NCBI GenBank assembly: GCA_016839765.1
Contig: JAEOTP010000071.1
Location: 1-64,000 of the forward strand
Direction: 5' to 3'
Source of the DNA: Promethearchaeota archaeon
GTDB taxonomy: Archaea; Asgardarchaeota; Lokiarchaeia; Sigyniarchaeales; SOKP01
Length of the DNA stretch: 64,000 nt
Of this stretch, positions 10,022 to 19,767 are shown in pieces (within the stretch, counting starts at the first letter, position 1; the number at the start of each line of letters is the position of its first letter). The notes below the pieces were generated by a model. The model was not told the origin of the DNA and ran no database searches. It worked only from the letters and a program-made list of their open reading frames with translations. Both the position numbers and the translations under genes were made by a program.

Positions 10022-11143
10022 TTAATCCTTAAAATATTGTAAAACCTTCTTTATGCATCCAAAGGAACTTTTTACCTTACTTATATCGCAATTATACGTT
10101 ATATTATAAAGCACAATATGCTTTAATCCTACTTTAGCATATTCTTCAATTTTAGATATAATTTCATCTGGTGTGCCATGTAAAAAAGACTCATTACATA
10201 TTTTTGCTGGAATTTTACTAAAAGCTTCTAGCATTGTTTCTCGATCGTAATTTGTTGGGATATAATCAAGAAGCCCATAAAAGTCTTTACCAAAAGGATG
10301 TGAAATTCCGAATTTTTCGAAATATTCATTCGATTGAATAAGAATATAGTTTTTCACGTATGCAGTTTCTAATAATTCATCACATGCGCTATGATCCTCG
10401 TCAATAATTATATTACACCATAAACCAGGAGTAATTTCTTCTGGATTTCGTCCTGCTTTTTTCGCAGAATTCTGAATAATTTCAAGTTTTTCTTTATATG
10501 TTTTAGGATTGAAGTTTGAGGGTAACCAGCCATCTCCTAATCTACCTGTTAATTCACACATCTTAGGTCCGTGTGCAGCAACCCATATTGGTGGAAATTT
10601 CCCTTCTTTATATGGTTTAATAGAAAGAATAGCATTTTTTAATTTCCAAAATTTTCCATCGAAACTAACCTTTTCATCTTTTTTCCAAAGAAGTTTGATT
10701 ATTTTTATTGCTTCTTCTAACCTACTGACTGGTTTCTCCCATTTTATACCATAAGGAATAACATTTTCCCCTTCTCCTGTTCCTATACCGAGAATTGTTC
10801 TTCCTTTTGATATATGGTCCATTGTTAAAAAGATTTGAGCAAGAACAGCTGGATGTCTCCTAAATGTTTCAGTAACGCTTGTCCCTAGAGTAATTTTTTG
10901 TGTATTCCAAGCTGCAACTGACATTACTGAAAAAACATCGTAAAAATCATGCGGACTATTCTGAATTGTAGACATTTTAATAAGGTCTGGAGTCCAAATT
11001 GACTCTGGTATCCACCCCATTAAATGATCAGCAAACCATACTGAATCATAACCACTTGCTTCAATTCTATTTATGGTTTCAATACCTCTATCAAATGGAG
11101 GTATGAAAGTCCCTTCTGTGCCTATCTTAATATCGATATCCAT
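10022..11143 (-). CDS. LLM-class (luciferase-like) flavin/F420-dependent oxidoreductase
   Basis: WFADHL, RRHPAVLAQ...DHISKGR.ILGIGTGE, PPIWVAAHGPK...GDGW. Confidence 0.88.
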   Translation of the reverse strand: MDIDIKIGTEGTFIPPFDRGIETINRIEASGYDSVWFADHLMGWIPESIWTPDLIKMSTIQNSPHDFYDVFSVMSVAAWNTQKITLGTSVTETFRRHPAVLAQIFLTMDHISKGRTILGIGTGEGENVIPYGIKWEKPVSRLEEAIKIIKLLWKKDEKVSFDGKFWKLKNAILSIKPYKEGKFPPIWVAAHGPKMCELTGRLGDGWLPSNFNPKTYKEKLEIIQNSAKKAGRNPEEITPGLWCNIIIDEDHSACDELLETAYVKNYILIQSNEYFEKFGISHPFGKDFYGLLDYIPTNYDRETMLEAFSKIPAKICNESFLHGTPDEIISKIEEYAKVGLKHIVLYNITYNCDISKVKSSFGCIKKVLQYFKD

Positions 11144-11292
11144 TTTATCACTTTTATTTATTTAAGGGTTATAATTAAGAAATTCTAAAAATTTTATAAA
11201 CCTCTCGAATTTTAACATTTATTAAAAAAAATGAATAATTAATAATGTTTTGATTAATATTTTCAAGTAAAATATAAGATTAATAGAGGAGA

Positions 11293-12351
11293 TTGATTAA
11301 TATAATGAGATTTAGTTTTCACATTCCTGTTCCAACTCCTCGTCTTGAATATATGTTCGAAGGAACAAAAAAGGCAGAGGATTGTGGTTTTTTTGGTATT
11401 TTTTATGCAGATCATACAGTAATGCTACCTCCAGGACCAGGAACTTGTTATGATGCTTATTGTTTTCTAACAGCCTTAGCAATGATAACGAACAAAATTA
11501 AGTTATGCACTGGTGTTTCAGATTGTCATCGTTTTCATCCAGCATTAATGGCGCATAAAGTAGCTACATTAGATCAACTTTCTAATGGTAGGGGTATGAT
11601 TGGGCTTGGAGCAGGGGAAGCAATGAATATTGATATGTATGGATTAAATAGAAAAAATTCTATTTCAAAACTAAGAGAATATATTATTTTATTAAGAAAA
11701 TTTTGGACTAAGAAAAGAGTAAACGAAAAAAGTAAGTTTTGGGGTGAAATAAAAAGAGCCTATATTCAAATAAGACCAGTTCAGAAGAGTCCACCTATTT
11801 ATGTTGCTGCAAATGGTCCAAAAACACGTCAAATAACTGGAGAGTTAGCAGATGGCTGGTATCCACTTTATCAACCACCATGGGTTTATAAAAATAATTT
11901 AAAAGAAGTTATGGCTGCAGCAAAAAATGCTGGTCGGGATCCTTCTGAGATTGATTATGTATATGATTGTTTTGTAGCAATAGATGATGATGATCCAGAT
12001 AATGCTATAAAAAGATGTGACTTTTTCAAATCCACTTATTTATTAAATTCTAAAATTACAAATGAAGCATATCCAAGTTTAAATTTGCCTGAAGGTCTTA
12101 ATATTCATAATTTTGAAATGAATAATGAAAATGCATTAGAATATTTAAGTAATCTAGACAAATTACCTAAAACAATTCTCCAAGATTTTAATTGTATTGG
12201 CACAACAGATGATGTTATTTCAAGTATAGAAGAATACAAAAAAGCGGGAGTGACAAATATTAGTATAATGAATAGAGGTCCAGATCCTAATAAAGTTTAC
12301 GAGATTTTTCGAGATAAAATTATCCCTTACTTTAAGGATTTAGATAAATAA
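11293..12351 (+). CDS. LLM-class flavin/F420-dependent oxidoreductase (divergent paralogue)
   Basis: FYADH, RFHPA..A..VATLDQLSNGR..IGLGAGE, PPIYVAANGPK...ADGW. Confidence 0.88.
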   Translation: MINIMRFSFHIPVPTPRLEYMFEGTKKAEDCGFFGIFYADHTVMLPPGPGTCYDAYCFLTALAMITNKIKLCTGVSDCHRFHPALMAHKVATLDQLSNGRGMIGLGAGEAMNIDMYGLNRKNSISKLREYIILLRKFWTKKRVNEKSKFWGEIKRAYIQIRPVQKSPPIYVAANGPKTRQITGELADGWYPLYQPPWVYKNNLKEVMAAAKNAGRDPSEIDYVYDCFVAIDDDDPDNAIKRCDFFKSTYLLNSKITNEAYPSLNLPEGLNIHNFEMNNENALEYLSNLDKLPKTILQDFNCIGTTDDVISSIEEYKKAGVTNISIMNRGPDPNKVYEIFRDKIIPYFKDLDK

Positions 12352-12378
12352 AATTATTTTATTTTTGGGGATTATTAA

Positions 12379-12912
12379 TTAAATTTTCCATTCTTTTACT
12401 AAGATACTCATAAATATGACATCATGGTATTGACCATTCTTAAAAACTGCTTGTCTTTTTCTTCCTTCTTCAACAAATCCTACTTTATTATAGCATTTTA
12501 TAGCTCTAATGTTAAAATCATCAACTTCTAATTCTATTCGATTTAGATTTAGTGTATTAAAACCATATTTAACTAATAATCGTAATACCTCAGTGCCATA
12601 TCCTTTCCCTTGATTTTCTTTATCACCAATAAAAACACCGCAAACCGCAGTTCTATCTTTCCAATTTATATCTTGAAGTCCGCAATTGCCAATTAGTTTT
12701 TCCTTAGTGTTATTTTCAGTTAACAAAATAGAAAAAATAATTGTATTTTCTTCAGTTTTAAGATTATCAAACCATTCTTCTTCCATATCACGTGTAAGTG
12801 GGCGATATCTTATTAAAAATTGTGTGATTTCAGGATCATTTAACCATTCAAGGAATTTTTCAATATATTCCCTTTTAAGGGGTGCTAATTTTATTCTTTC
12901 TCCTTTAAGCAT
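12379..12912 (-). CDS. GNAT N-acetyltransferase, RimJ/RimL type
   Basis: QGKGYGTE, LNLNRIEL.V...N.RAIKCY.KVGF..EG. Confidence 0.88.
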   Translation of the reverse strand: MLKGERIKLAPLKREYIEKFLEWLNDPEITQFLIRYRPLTRDMEEEWFDNLKTEENTIIFSILLTENNTKEKLIGNCGLQDINWKDRTAVCGVFIGDKENQGKGYGTEVLRLLVKYGFNTLNLNRIELEVDDFNIRAIKCYNKVGFVEEGRKRQAVFKNGQYHDVIFMSILVKEWKI

Positions 12913-12974
12913 AGAAAATAATATTTAATAAAAGTATTAAATTTTCTTCAAGCTCAAAATTTTATTGAAAAAAA

Positions 12975-15851
12975 TTAAAAGTAAATACCTTTCTTACGAG
13001 AAAAATATTTCACCAGTTCAAAACCACCAATGCAAATAAGAGAAATTAAGAAACACACTAACCAATCAAACCCAGTCAAATACATAAACATAAAATTTAT
13101 GCCCCATGTCGCTAAAGTAACTTGTACACCAGGAATATACATTAAAGCTATGAAAACTCCGAATAATAACCCAATTAAGAGATACATAAATTTTGTACTA
13201 TCCTCTTTTATACTTTTAATTAAGGATTTGTTAGGTCTCCGAATTTGAAATACTAAGAAAGATTCGCAGAAAAACAAAGTAACCATAAGCATTGTTAGAG
13301 TTTTTGCTTGAATTAGGACTTCTTTTGAAGTCTCTGAGGAATAAAGGTATGCATCATTAAAACTTCCAAAATCTAAATCATCTGGGGTAGGATATAACCC
13401 CGTGTAAACTATAAAATATGTTATAATCATACAAGCAGCTAATAATATACCAAATATAAATAAAAGAATAAAAGTATTCTTTGAAAGTATTTCTTCCTCA
13501 TCTCGTGGTTTTTGCTTCATGACATCTTTAGACGTTTTATCAAAAGTTAAAATTAAACCAGGAAAAAGGTGTAGAGTTATTGTTAGAAAAATCCATTGAT
13601 AGTAGAAAGCTTCGCTCAAAAAATAGGGAAGTCTAAATATTACCGTTAAAAAAAATTGTACAAGTCCCTCGAAAACATTAATACAAATATAGAAAAATAC
13701 CACAGCACGTATACGAGAGAAGATTCCCCTACCTTGTTCAATTCCAGTAACAATTGAATTAAATGAATCATCGCTAATGACCATATCCGAAGCTTCCTTA
13801 GCTACGTCTGTTCCTTGAATTCCCATTGCGATACCAGCATCTGCCATATTGAGTGCAAGAGCATCATTCACACCATCGCCTGTCATTGCAACTACCTTAT
13901 TGGCATCTTGATATTGCTCGATAATATCTTCTTTGTGCTCTGGAGATACTCTAGCAAAAACCTTAATTTTATTGAAATCGTAAAATGAATCAATTTCTTT
14001 CACATCCTTACCCTTAACAACTAACTCATCTTCTTCCTTTATTATAGCTATTTGTGTTGCAATAGCCCTTGCAGTGGTAGGTGAGTCTCCTGTGATCATA
14101 ACAACATCAACACCAGCATCATGACATTCAATTACACTCTCACGAACTCCTTCCCGAGGTGGATCAAGAATAGTAACAAATCCTATATAGATCATTTCTG
14201 ATTCATATAATTCTCTATTTTTATCACTTTCGGAAGGCAATTCATCTAATTTTTTATAACAAATGCTTAATATGCGATACCCTTGTGCTGCGTATACATC
14301 AGCAATTTTTATTACTTTTTCTTTTATTTCATCAATTAAATCCACTTCCGTGTTTTTATACAAAATTTTTTTACATAGTGGCATGAGTATATCACTTGCA
14401 CCTTTAGTGAAGGAGTAATATTTCCCATCTCTCTTATAAATTTTCGTCATTCTTTTAACTTTTGAATCAAATGGATATTCCTTAATATATTCAAAGTCTT
14501 CAAGCATGTATGAGCCCATTCCTTTTTGAAAAAGAACCATTAAAGCGCCTTCAGTGGGAGATCCAATGACATTCCAGTTTGGGATAATTTTGCCTGAAAT
14601 TTCAATTTCATTTTTAACTAACGCAGAATTGTTATTTAGAAATCCTGATGTTAATAATAATTTGAGTTGTGGATGTTCATCAATATGCTTTATATAAACA
14701 GGATTTTTTGGGTCATCAATCAAGATAATATCACCTTCAGGACTATAACCACTTCCAGTTACCTTGTAATTAGACCCATTTGTCCATACATGTTGGATGC
14801 TCATTTGATTTTTAGTTAGCGTACCAGTTTTATCTGAACATATTACGCTTACTCTTCCTAAACTGTCAACGGAGGCAAGGTTTCTTATAATAACACCATG
14901 ACGAGCCATAACTAATACTCCTGTAATCAGAATTATTGTTACTAATAAGGGAATATTTAAAGGAAGTAGATCCATAGCTGAATTTAAACTAATAACCACT
15001 TCTGGGGTGCCTTCAGCAACCCATTTTATTAAGAGAACTAAAAGCCAAAAACCAAAAACAATTAACCCTAACCATTTACCAAAATGATTCATTTTTTGAC
15101 GGATAGGGATTTCACTTGTGCCCGCCTCCTCTAATCCTTGAGAAATTTTTCCAATTTCAGTGTCTTTGCCTATCTTTACGGCTATAGCAGTTGCGTTACC
15201 TGTTGTGATATATGTTCCATAAAAAACCATATTAAAACGTTCTCCAATTGAGATTTCAATATCAGATAATGCATAACCTTCATATAATTTTTTAACTGGT
15301 TCACTTTCACCTGTTAATGACGCTTCATTAACCTCAAGATTAGATGCTCTTATTATTCTTCCATCTGCAGGAATTCTATCACCTTGTGTTAATACTAAAA
15401 GATCTCCTACGACAACATTTTTGGTAGGTATATCCATCTTTTCACCATCTCTAATGACTGTCGTAGTTGGAGCTGTCATTTCTCTTAAAGCTTTTAATTT
15501 CTTAGTTGCTCTATATTGTTGTACGATTGCGACAAAACAATTTAAAAAAACGATCCCTAGAGTTATTCCCACAAACATTAAATTTCCTCCTCCAAAGAAT
15601 GCTGCTAAAAATAAAATTACCGCCCCAATTAGGTAAATTACAATTAACCAGTTAAATAAAGGTGCTAAGTAGATTTTAATAAATCCTTTTGAGGCTTTAG
15701 GTATTTCATTAAAGCCATATAATTCCAATCTTTTCTGTACATCCTCTTTTGATAATCCATTAGTGGGATTTGTCTGAAATTCAGAATAGATTTGGTTTAA
15801 ATCCATTGTATAATAAGGTTCTGGCATAAAAGGATCTCCCGTAACTTTCAA
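12975..15851 (-). CDS. P-type ATPase, P2A (SERCA-like) scaffold with non-canonical transport site; ATG at 15827 is a likely start
   Basis: LTGES, CSDKTGTLT, KGA, DPPR, MITGD, FARVSP, TGDGVND; TM4 reads DLLPLNIP instead of PEGLP. Confidence 0.9.
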   Translation of the reverse strand: MKVTGDPFMPEPYYTMDLNQIYSEFQTNPTNGLSKEDVQKRLELYGFNEIPKASKGFIKIYLAPLFNWLIVIYLIGAVILFLAAFFGGGNLMFVGITLGIVFLNCFVAIVQQYRATKKLKALREMTAPTTTVIRDGEKMDIPTKNVVVGDLLVLTQGDRIPADGRIIRASNLEVNEASLTGESEPVKKLYEGYALSDIEISIGERFNMVFYGTYITTGNATAIAVKIGKDTEIGKISQGLEEAGTSEIPIRQKMNHFGKWLGLIVFGFWLLVLLIKWVAEGTPEVVISLNSAMDLLPLNIPLLVTIILITGVLVMARHGVIIRNLASVDSLGRVSVICSDKTGTLTKNQMSIQHVWTNGSNYKVTGSGYSPEGDIILIDDPKNPVYIKHIDEHPQLKLLLTSGFLNNNSALVKNEIEISGKIIPNWNVIGSPTEGALMVLFQKGMGSYMLEDFEYIKEYPFDSKVKRMTKIYKRDGKYYSFTKGASDILMPLCKKILYKNTEVDLIDEIKEKVIKIADVYAAQGYRILSICYKKLDELPSESDKNRELYESEMIYIGFVTILDPPREGVRESVIECHDAGVDVVMITGDSPTTARAIATQIAIIKEEDELVVKGKDVKEIDSFYDFNKIKVFARVSPEHKEDIIEQYQDANKVVAMTGDGVNDALALNMADAGIAMGIQGTDVAKEASDMVISDDSFNSIVTGIEQGRGIFSRIRAVVFFYICINVFEGLVQFFLTVIFRLPYFLSEAFYYQWIFLTITLHLFPGLILTFDKTSKDVMKQKPRDEEEILSKNTFILLFIFGILLAACMIITYFIVYTGLYPTPDDLDFGSFNDAYLYSSETSKEVLIQAKTLTMLMVTLFFCESFLVFQIRRPNKSLIKSIKEDSTKFMYLLIGLLFGVFIALMYIPGVQVTLATWGINFMFMYLTGFDWLVCFLISLICIGGFELVKYFSRKKGIYF

Positions 15852-15970
15852 AAATTTATTAATATATTGTTATAAAATTAAATCATTTTAATAGATAGAC
15901 TATAACAATAATTCTTTTTATTTTATTTCTTTTTGATAAAAAAATTGGTTTATTATACCATAAAATAAAA

Positions 15971-16786
15971 TTAATTTTTAGAATTAGATTTAATTTTTTC
16001 TCTAAATTTCTTAATTAATTTACTCCAATCAATATAAACTAATAGGAACAGAATTATTATAGATGTTGCCCAAAGTAGAGAACTTAGTAAAATCTCCAAT
16101 AGCGTGCTCTCTGGGATAATTCCCAAACTAGCAGCATCGAGATCAATCCCAAATAAATTAAAGAGAAATTCACCAAAAGCGGTATCTGCTAACCAAATAG
16201 GAAGTGCGCTACATAAAAAGCATAGAACAAATTTTCCCATGAAACAATAAATCAAGGTTTTAAAGATACTATATTGGGCTATGCCGAGAACAATTAGAAA
16301 TGCATCATCTGGAAGAGGTGTTGCAGCAAAAATGAAAATTAATATTGGTGCCCAACCTTTTTCAACATAACGTTTCATACGTTCAACACTTTCTGAGTCT
16401 CTAAGAAGATTTTTAGATCCACGACCAATTAACCATGCAGTAATTTCCCCAATACTTGCTCCAAGACCACCTACAATTCCAAGTAAAATTGGATTTACAC
16501 CAGGAATTACTGCAGATATTACTATAAGCGCAATTGTATAGGGAACAGGAAATATTATTGTAAAGTTTCCAAAAATGCTAATTAAAAAAACTCCAAGATA
16601 AATTCCAAAGTCTCCAAATTCTCCGTAAAACCACATAACAGTGGTAGCAAGCCATTGACCAAAATTTATATTTAATACGGCTAAAAGAATAAATAAGATT
16701 AATATACCACAAATAAAGATGATTCCACCATATTTCTTTATAAAAACCATCCTATAAGAGGATTTTACGGCCTTTTCTTCGTTCAT
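15971..16786 (-). CDS. DedA/VTT-domain (SNARE-associated) membrane protein, VMP1-like
   Basis: Re-entrant-type motifs GNFTIIFPVPY and FAATPLPDD, and GGLGASIGE helix. Confidence 0.8.
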   Translation of the reverse strand: MNEEKAVKSSYRMVFIKKYGGIIFICGILILFILLAVLNINFGQWLATTVMWFYGEFGDFGIYLGVFLISIFGNFTIIFPVPYTIALIVISAVIPGVNPILLGIVGGLGASIGEITAWLIGRGSKNLLRDSESVERMKRYVEKGWAPILIFIFAATPLPDDAFLIVLGIAQYSIFKTLIYCFMGKFVLCFLCSALPIWLADTAFGEFLFNLFGIDLDAASLGIIPESTLLEILLSSLLWATSIIILFLLVYIDWSKLIKKFREKIKSNSKN

Positions 16787-16829
16787 TTAATTTCTTTCTA
16801 TGTTTATTAAATATAAAAAAAACAAAATT

Positions 16830-19673
16830 TTAGAATATTATATTTTTTCGTCTTGCTAAGTATTTAATCACTTCAATTCCGAAAATCCCTGGCAGAGACA
16901 ATAAAATACAAATTAACCAGTCAGTACCGCTAAGGAACATGAAATTAATCTGGAAATTTAATCCTGATGACGCTATGAAGGAATTAATGGGTAATGAAAA
17001 ACAAATATGTAATATATGTAGTAGTAAAGTAAATGAGTTGATAATAAATAACTTCCAGCTAAATTCCTCTTTAATACTTTTAAACAGGGATTTATTTGGT
17101 CTTCTTATACTCCATATAAAAGTTGTTTCCACAATAAAAAGCGTCGTAATAAACATGGTTCTTGCTTTTTGTGCAATTAAATCACTTTCTAAAAGACTTA
17201 AATTAACATTCCAAGAATTTAAGGGAATCATTTCCCCTAAAGTTAGTTGTAAAGCCAAAACTATACCTAAACCCATTAGGAAAGCATGAATAAGTAATAA
17301 TATCCATATGTTTCTATTTAATAATTCCTCTTTATTTCTTGGAGGTTCATTCATGACATCTATAGGTGGTTTATCAATAACTAATGCTAATGAAGGAAGT
17401 GAATGAACTATCCCAAAAATATAAATATGCTGCCATTCTGAACTAAATAACGCAAATGTTGGTATGAATTCATAAGTAAAGAATATCAGCGCCTCCATAA
17501 TATTTAAACATATGAAGAAGTAAACGATAATTCGGATCTTAGCAAATAAGCCTCTACCGATCTTCACACCTTTTACTATAGATGTAAAATTATCATCTGA
17601 TATTACAAGATCTGCAATCTCTTTAGCAACATCGGTACCAGTAATTCCCATAGCTATTCCTGCATTGGCTAACTTTAAAGCTAAAGCATCATTAACTCCG
17701 TCACCTGTCATAGCAGTTATCTTATTCTGTTTTTGATAATTTTTAACAATGACTTCTTTATCTGAAGGAGATACTCTAGCAAAAACCGAGACCCGATTAA
17801 AATCCTGTTCATTGAGTCTTGATATTTCATAACCTTCAATAACCAAATCATTTGGTTTGTATATCCTCATTTGAGATGCTATAGTTTGAGCCGTGCTAGG
17901 ATGATCACCAGTTATCATTACTACTTTTATACGTCCAGATTCACATTCTTCTACTGATTCCCTTACTTGACTACGAGGTGGATCTAATATCGCCAAGAAA
18001 CTTAGAAAAGTCAGATCTTTCTCAATACTCTCTCTAGTTTCTACTAATTTATTTTCTATTTTTTTATATGCAACAGCTAAAGTTCTATAACCTTGTTTTG
18101 CTTTTGATTGAATATTATTCAAAATCTCTTCCTTTTTATCCATTGATAGGGTTTCTATTTGTCTATTGGTTTCTATGTCAGTACATATTTCTAGAATTTT
18201 TTCAGGAGCACCTTTAGAAAAGATATAATTAGTATCACCATCGCTATTTGATCTACAAATGGTAGACATACGTTTGATTTCAGAACTAAATGAAAATTCT
18301 TTTATTTTTTCATAGCTTCTCTTAATATCATATAAGATATAACCTGCTTTTTCAGCTAATACTAGAAGTGCTGCTTCTGTAGGTGATCCTAAAGCTCTTC
18401 TTACTGCCATTTCTTTCCTGCCTTTTCCTCTTACTTTAACATCTTCATAAATAAGATTTGCATTATTATTTAGTACACTTGATTCAATGAACGTTTGAAA
18501 TGTTTTATTATCTTGTAGGTTAATAACTTTACCATTTTCTGAAATAAAGCCTTCAGTTTCATATCCAGAACCTGTAACATTATATTCTATGTTATTAATC
18601 CAAAACTTTTCTACTGTCATTTCGTTTTTGGTTATTGTTCCAGTTTTATCTGAGCAAATTACAGATACCCTCCCTAAGGATTCAATAGCAGAAAGATTTT
18701 TTATAATAACACCATGTTGAGCCATATTAAGAACGCCAGTAATTAAAACTAGTGTTGTCAATATGGGCAAATTAATAGGCATAATATTCATTGATCTAAG
18801 AATTGAGCTAATCAATGCTTCACTGATATAATCTCCATAAAATTTTCCCTGAATGCCTAAAAGAGCAAATTTATATATAATCAGAACTGCAAGAATAATA
18901 ATTACAATGGAACCTAAGATATATCCAAGTTTGTTTAATTTTCTTGTTAATGGAATTTCTTCAATACTTCCCATTTCATTTAATTGAGTTGATATTTTTC
19001 CAATTTCTGTATTAACTCCTGTTCCTGTAACTACTGCCTTTGCCCTCCCAGTATCAACATATGTGCCCATAAATACCATATTAAATTGTTTCTGTATTGG
19101 TAATTCTGCATTTTTTAGTTCACCATTATTTTTTTCAACAGGCTCACTTTCACCTGTCAGAGCTGCTTCATCAATAGTTAGGTTGACGAAATCAATGATT
19201 CTAGCGTCAGCAGGAATTTTATCCCCTTGTTCTAATAAAATTATATCTCCTGGTATTAATTCTCTTGTTGGGATTTCAAATTGTTCACCATCTCTCAAAA
19301 CAGTTGCTTTTAATGCGCCAATTTTTCTTAAAGATTCGAGGGCTTTCTGTGCTCTAAACTGCTGGATTATTACAGTTATAGAGTTTAGGAAAACTACGGT
19401 GAAGGTAATTATTGTTGATGCTGGAGACCCTAGGAGTAATACGATAATTCCAGAAATTAGCAAGATAACTATCAAAAAATTAAAAATGGGAGCTAAATAA
19501 ATTTTCCAAATGGATTTTTTAATTTTAGGTAATTCATTATATCCATATTTAGAATAAAATTGCTCCAAATTTGATAATTTTAACCCTTTTTCTTCATCCG
19601 TATTAAACTCTTTAATTAACTCATTAATAGATTTTGTATAATAGTTATTATTATATAAATGAATTTGAGACAT
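16830..19673 (-). CDS. P-type ATPase, P2A-like scaffold with non-canonical transport site (paralogue of 12975..15851)
   Basis: LTGES, CSDKTGTIT, KGAPE, DPPR, MITGDH, TGDGVND; TM4 reads NIMPINLP. Confidence 0.9.
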   Translation of the reverse strand: MSQIHLYNNNYYTKSINELIKEFNTDEEKGLKLSNLEQFYSKYGYNELPKIKKSIWKIYLAPIFNFLIVILLISGIIVLLLGSPASTIITFTVVFLNSITVIIQQFRAQKALESLRKIGALKATVLRDGEQFEIPTRELIPGDIILLEQGDKIPADARIIDFVNLTIDEAALTGESEPVEKNNGELKNAELPIQKQFNMVFMGTYVDTGRAKAVVTGTGVNTEIGKISTQLNEMGSIEEIPLTRKLNKLGYILGSIVIIILAVLIIYKFALLGIQGKFYGDYISEALISSILRSMNIMPINLPILTTLVLITGVLNMAQHGVIIKNLSAIESLGRVSVICSDKTGTITKNEMTVEKFWINNIEYNVTGSGYETEGFISENGKVINLQDNKTFQTFIESSVLNNNANLIYEDVKVRGKGRKEMAVRRALGSPTEAALLVLAEKAGYILYDIKRSYEKIKEFSFSSEIKRMSTICRSNSDGDTNYIFSKGAPEKILEICTDIETNRQIETLSMDKKEEILNNIQSKAKQGYRTLAVAYKKIENKLVETRESIEKDLTFLSFLAILDPPRSQVRESVEECESGRIKVVMITGDHPSTAQTIASQMRIYKPNDLVIEGYEISRLNEQDFNRVSVFARVSPSDKEVIVKNYQKQNKITAMTGDGVNDALALKLANAGIAMGITGTDVAKEIADLVISDDNFTSIVKGVKIGRGLFAKIRIIVYFFICLNIMEALIFFTYEFIPTFALFSSEWQHIYIFGIVHSLPSLALVIDKPPIDVMNEPPRNKEELLNRNIWILLLIHAFLMGLGIVLALQLTLGEMIPLNSWNVNLSLLESDLIAQKARTMFITTLFIVETTFIWSIRRPNKSLFKSIKEEFSWKLFIINSFTLLLHILHICFSLPINSFIASSGLNFQINFMFLSGTDWLICILLSLPGIFGIEVIKYLARRKNIIF

Positions 19674-19767
19674 TGTTTTATTATTAAGATAATTAACTTT
19701 ATTGAATAATTATAATTATAGAATTCACCCTTATTAATTATTTATCCTTCAAAATGAGTTGTAGTTT

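Noticed and set aside
12975-19673. Calling the two ATPases bona fide P4-ATPases
   Set aside because: They keep TGES (not DGET), P2A-type DPPR/MITGD/FARVSP motifs and P2A length, and no CDC50-like gene is adjacent; only TM4 is P4-like.
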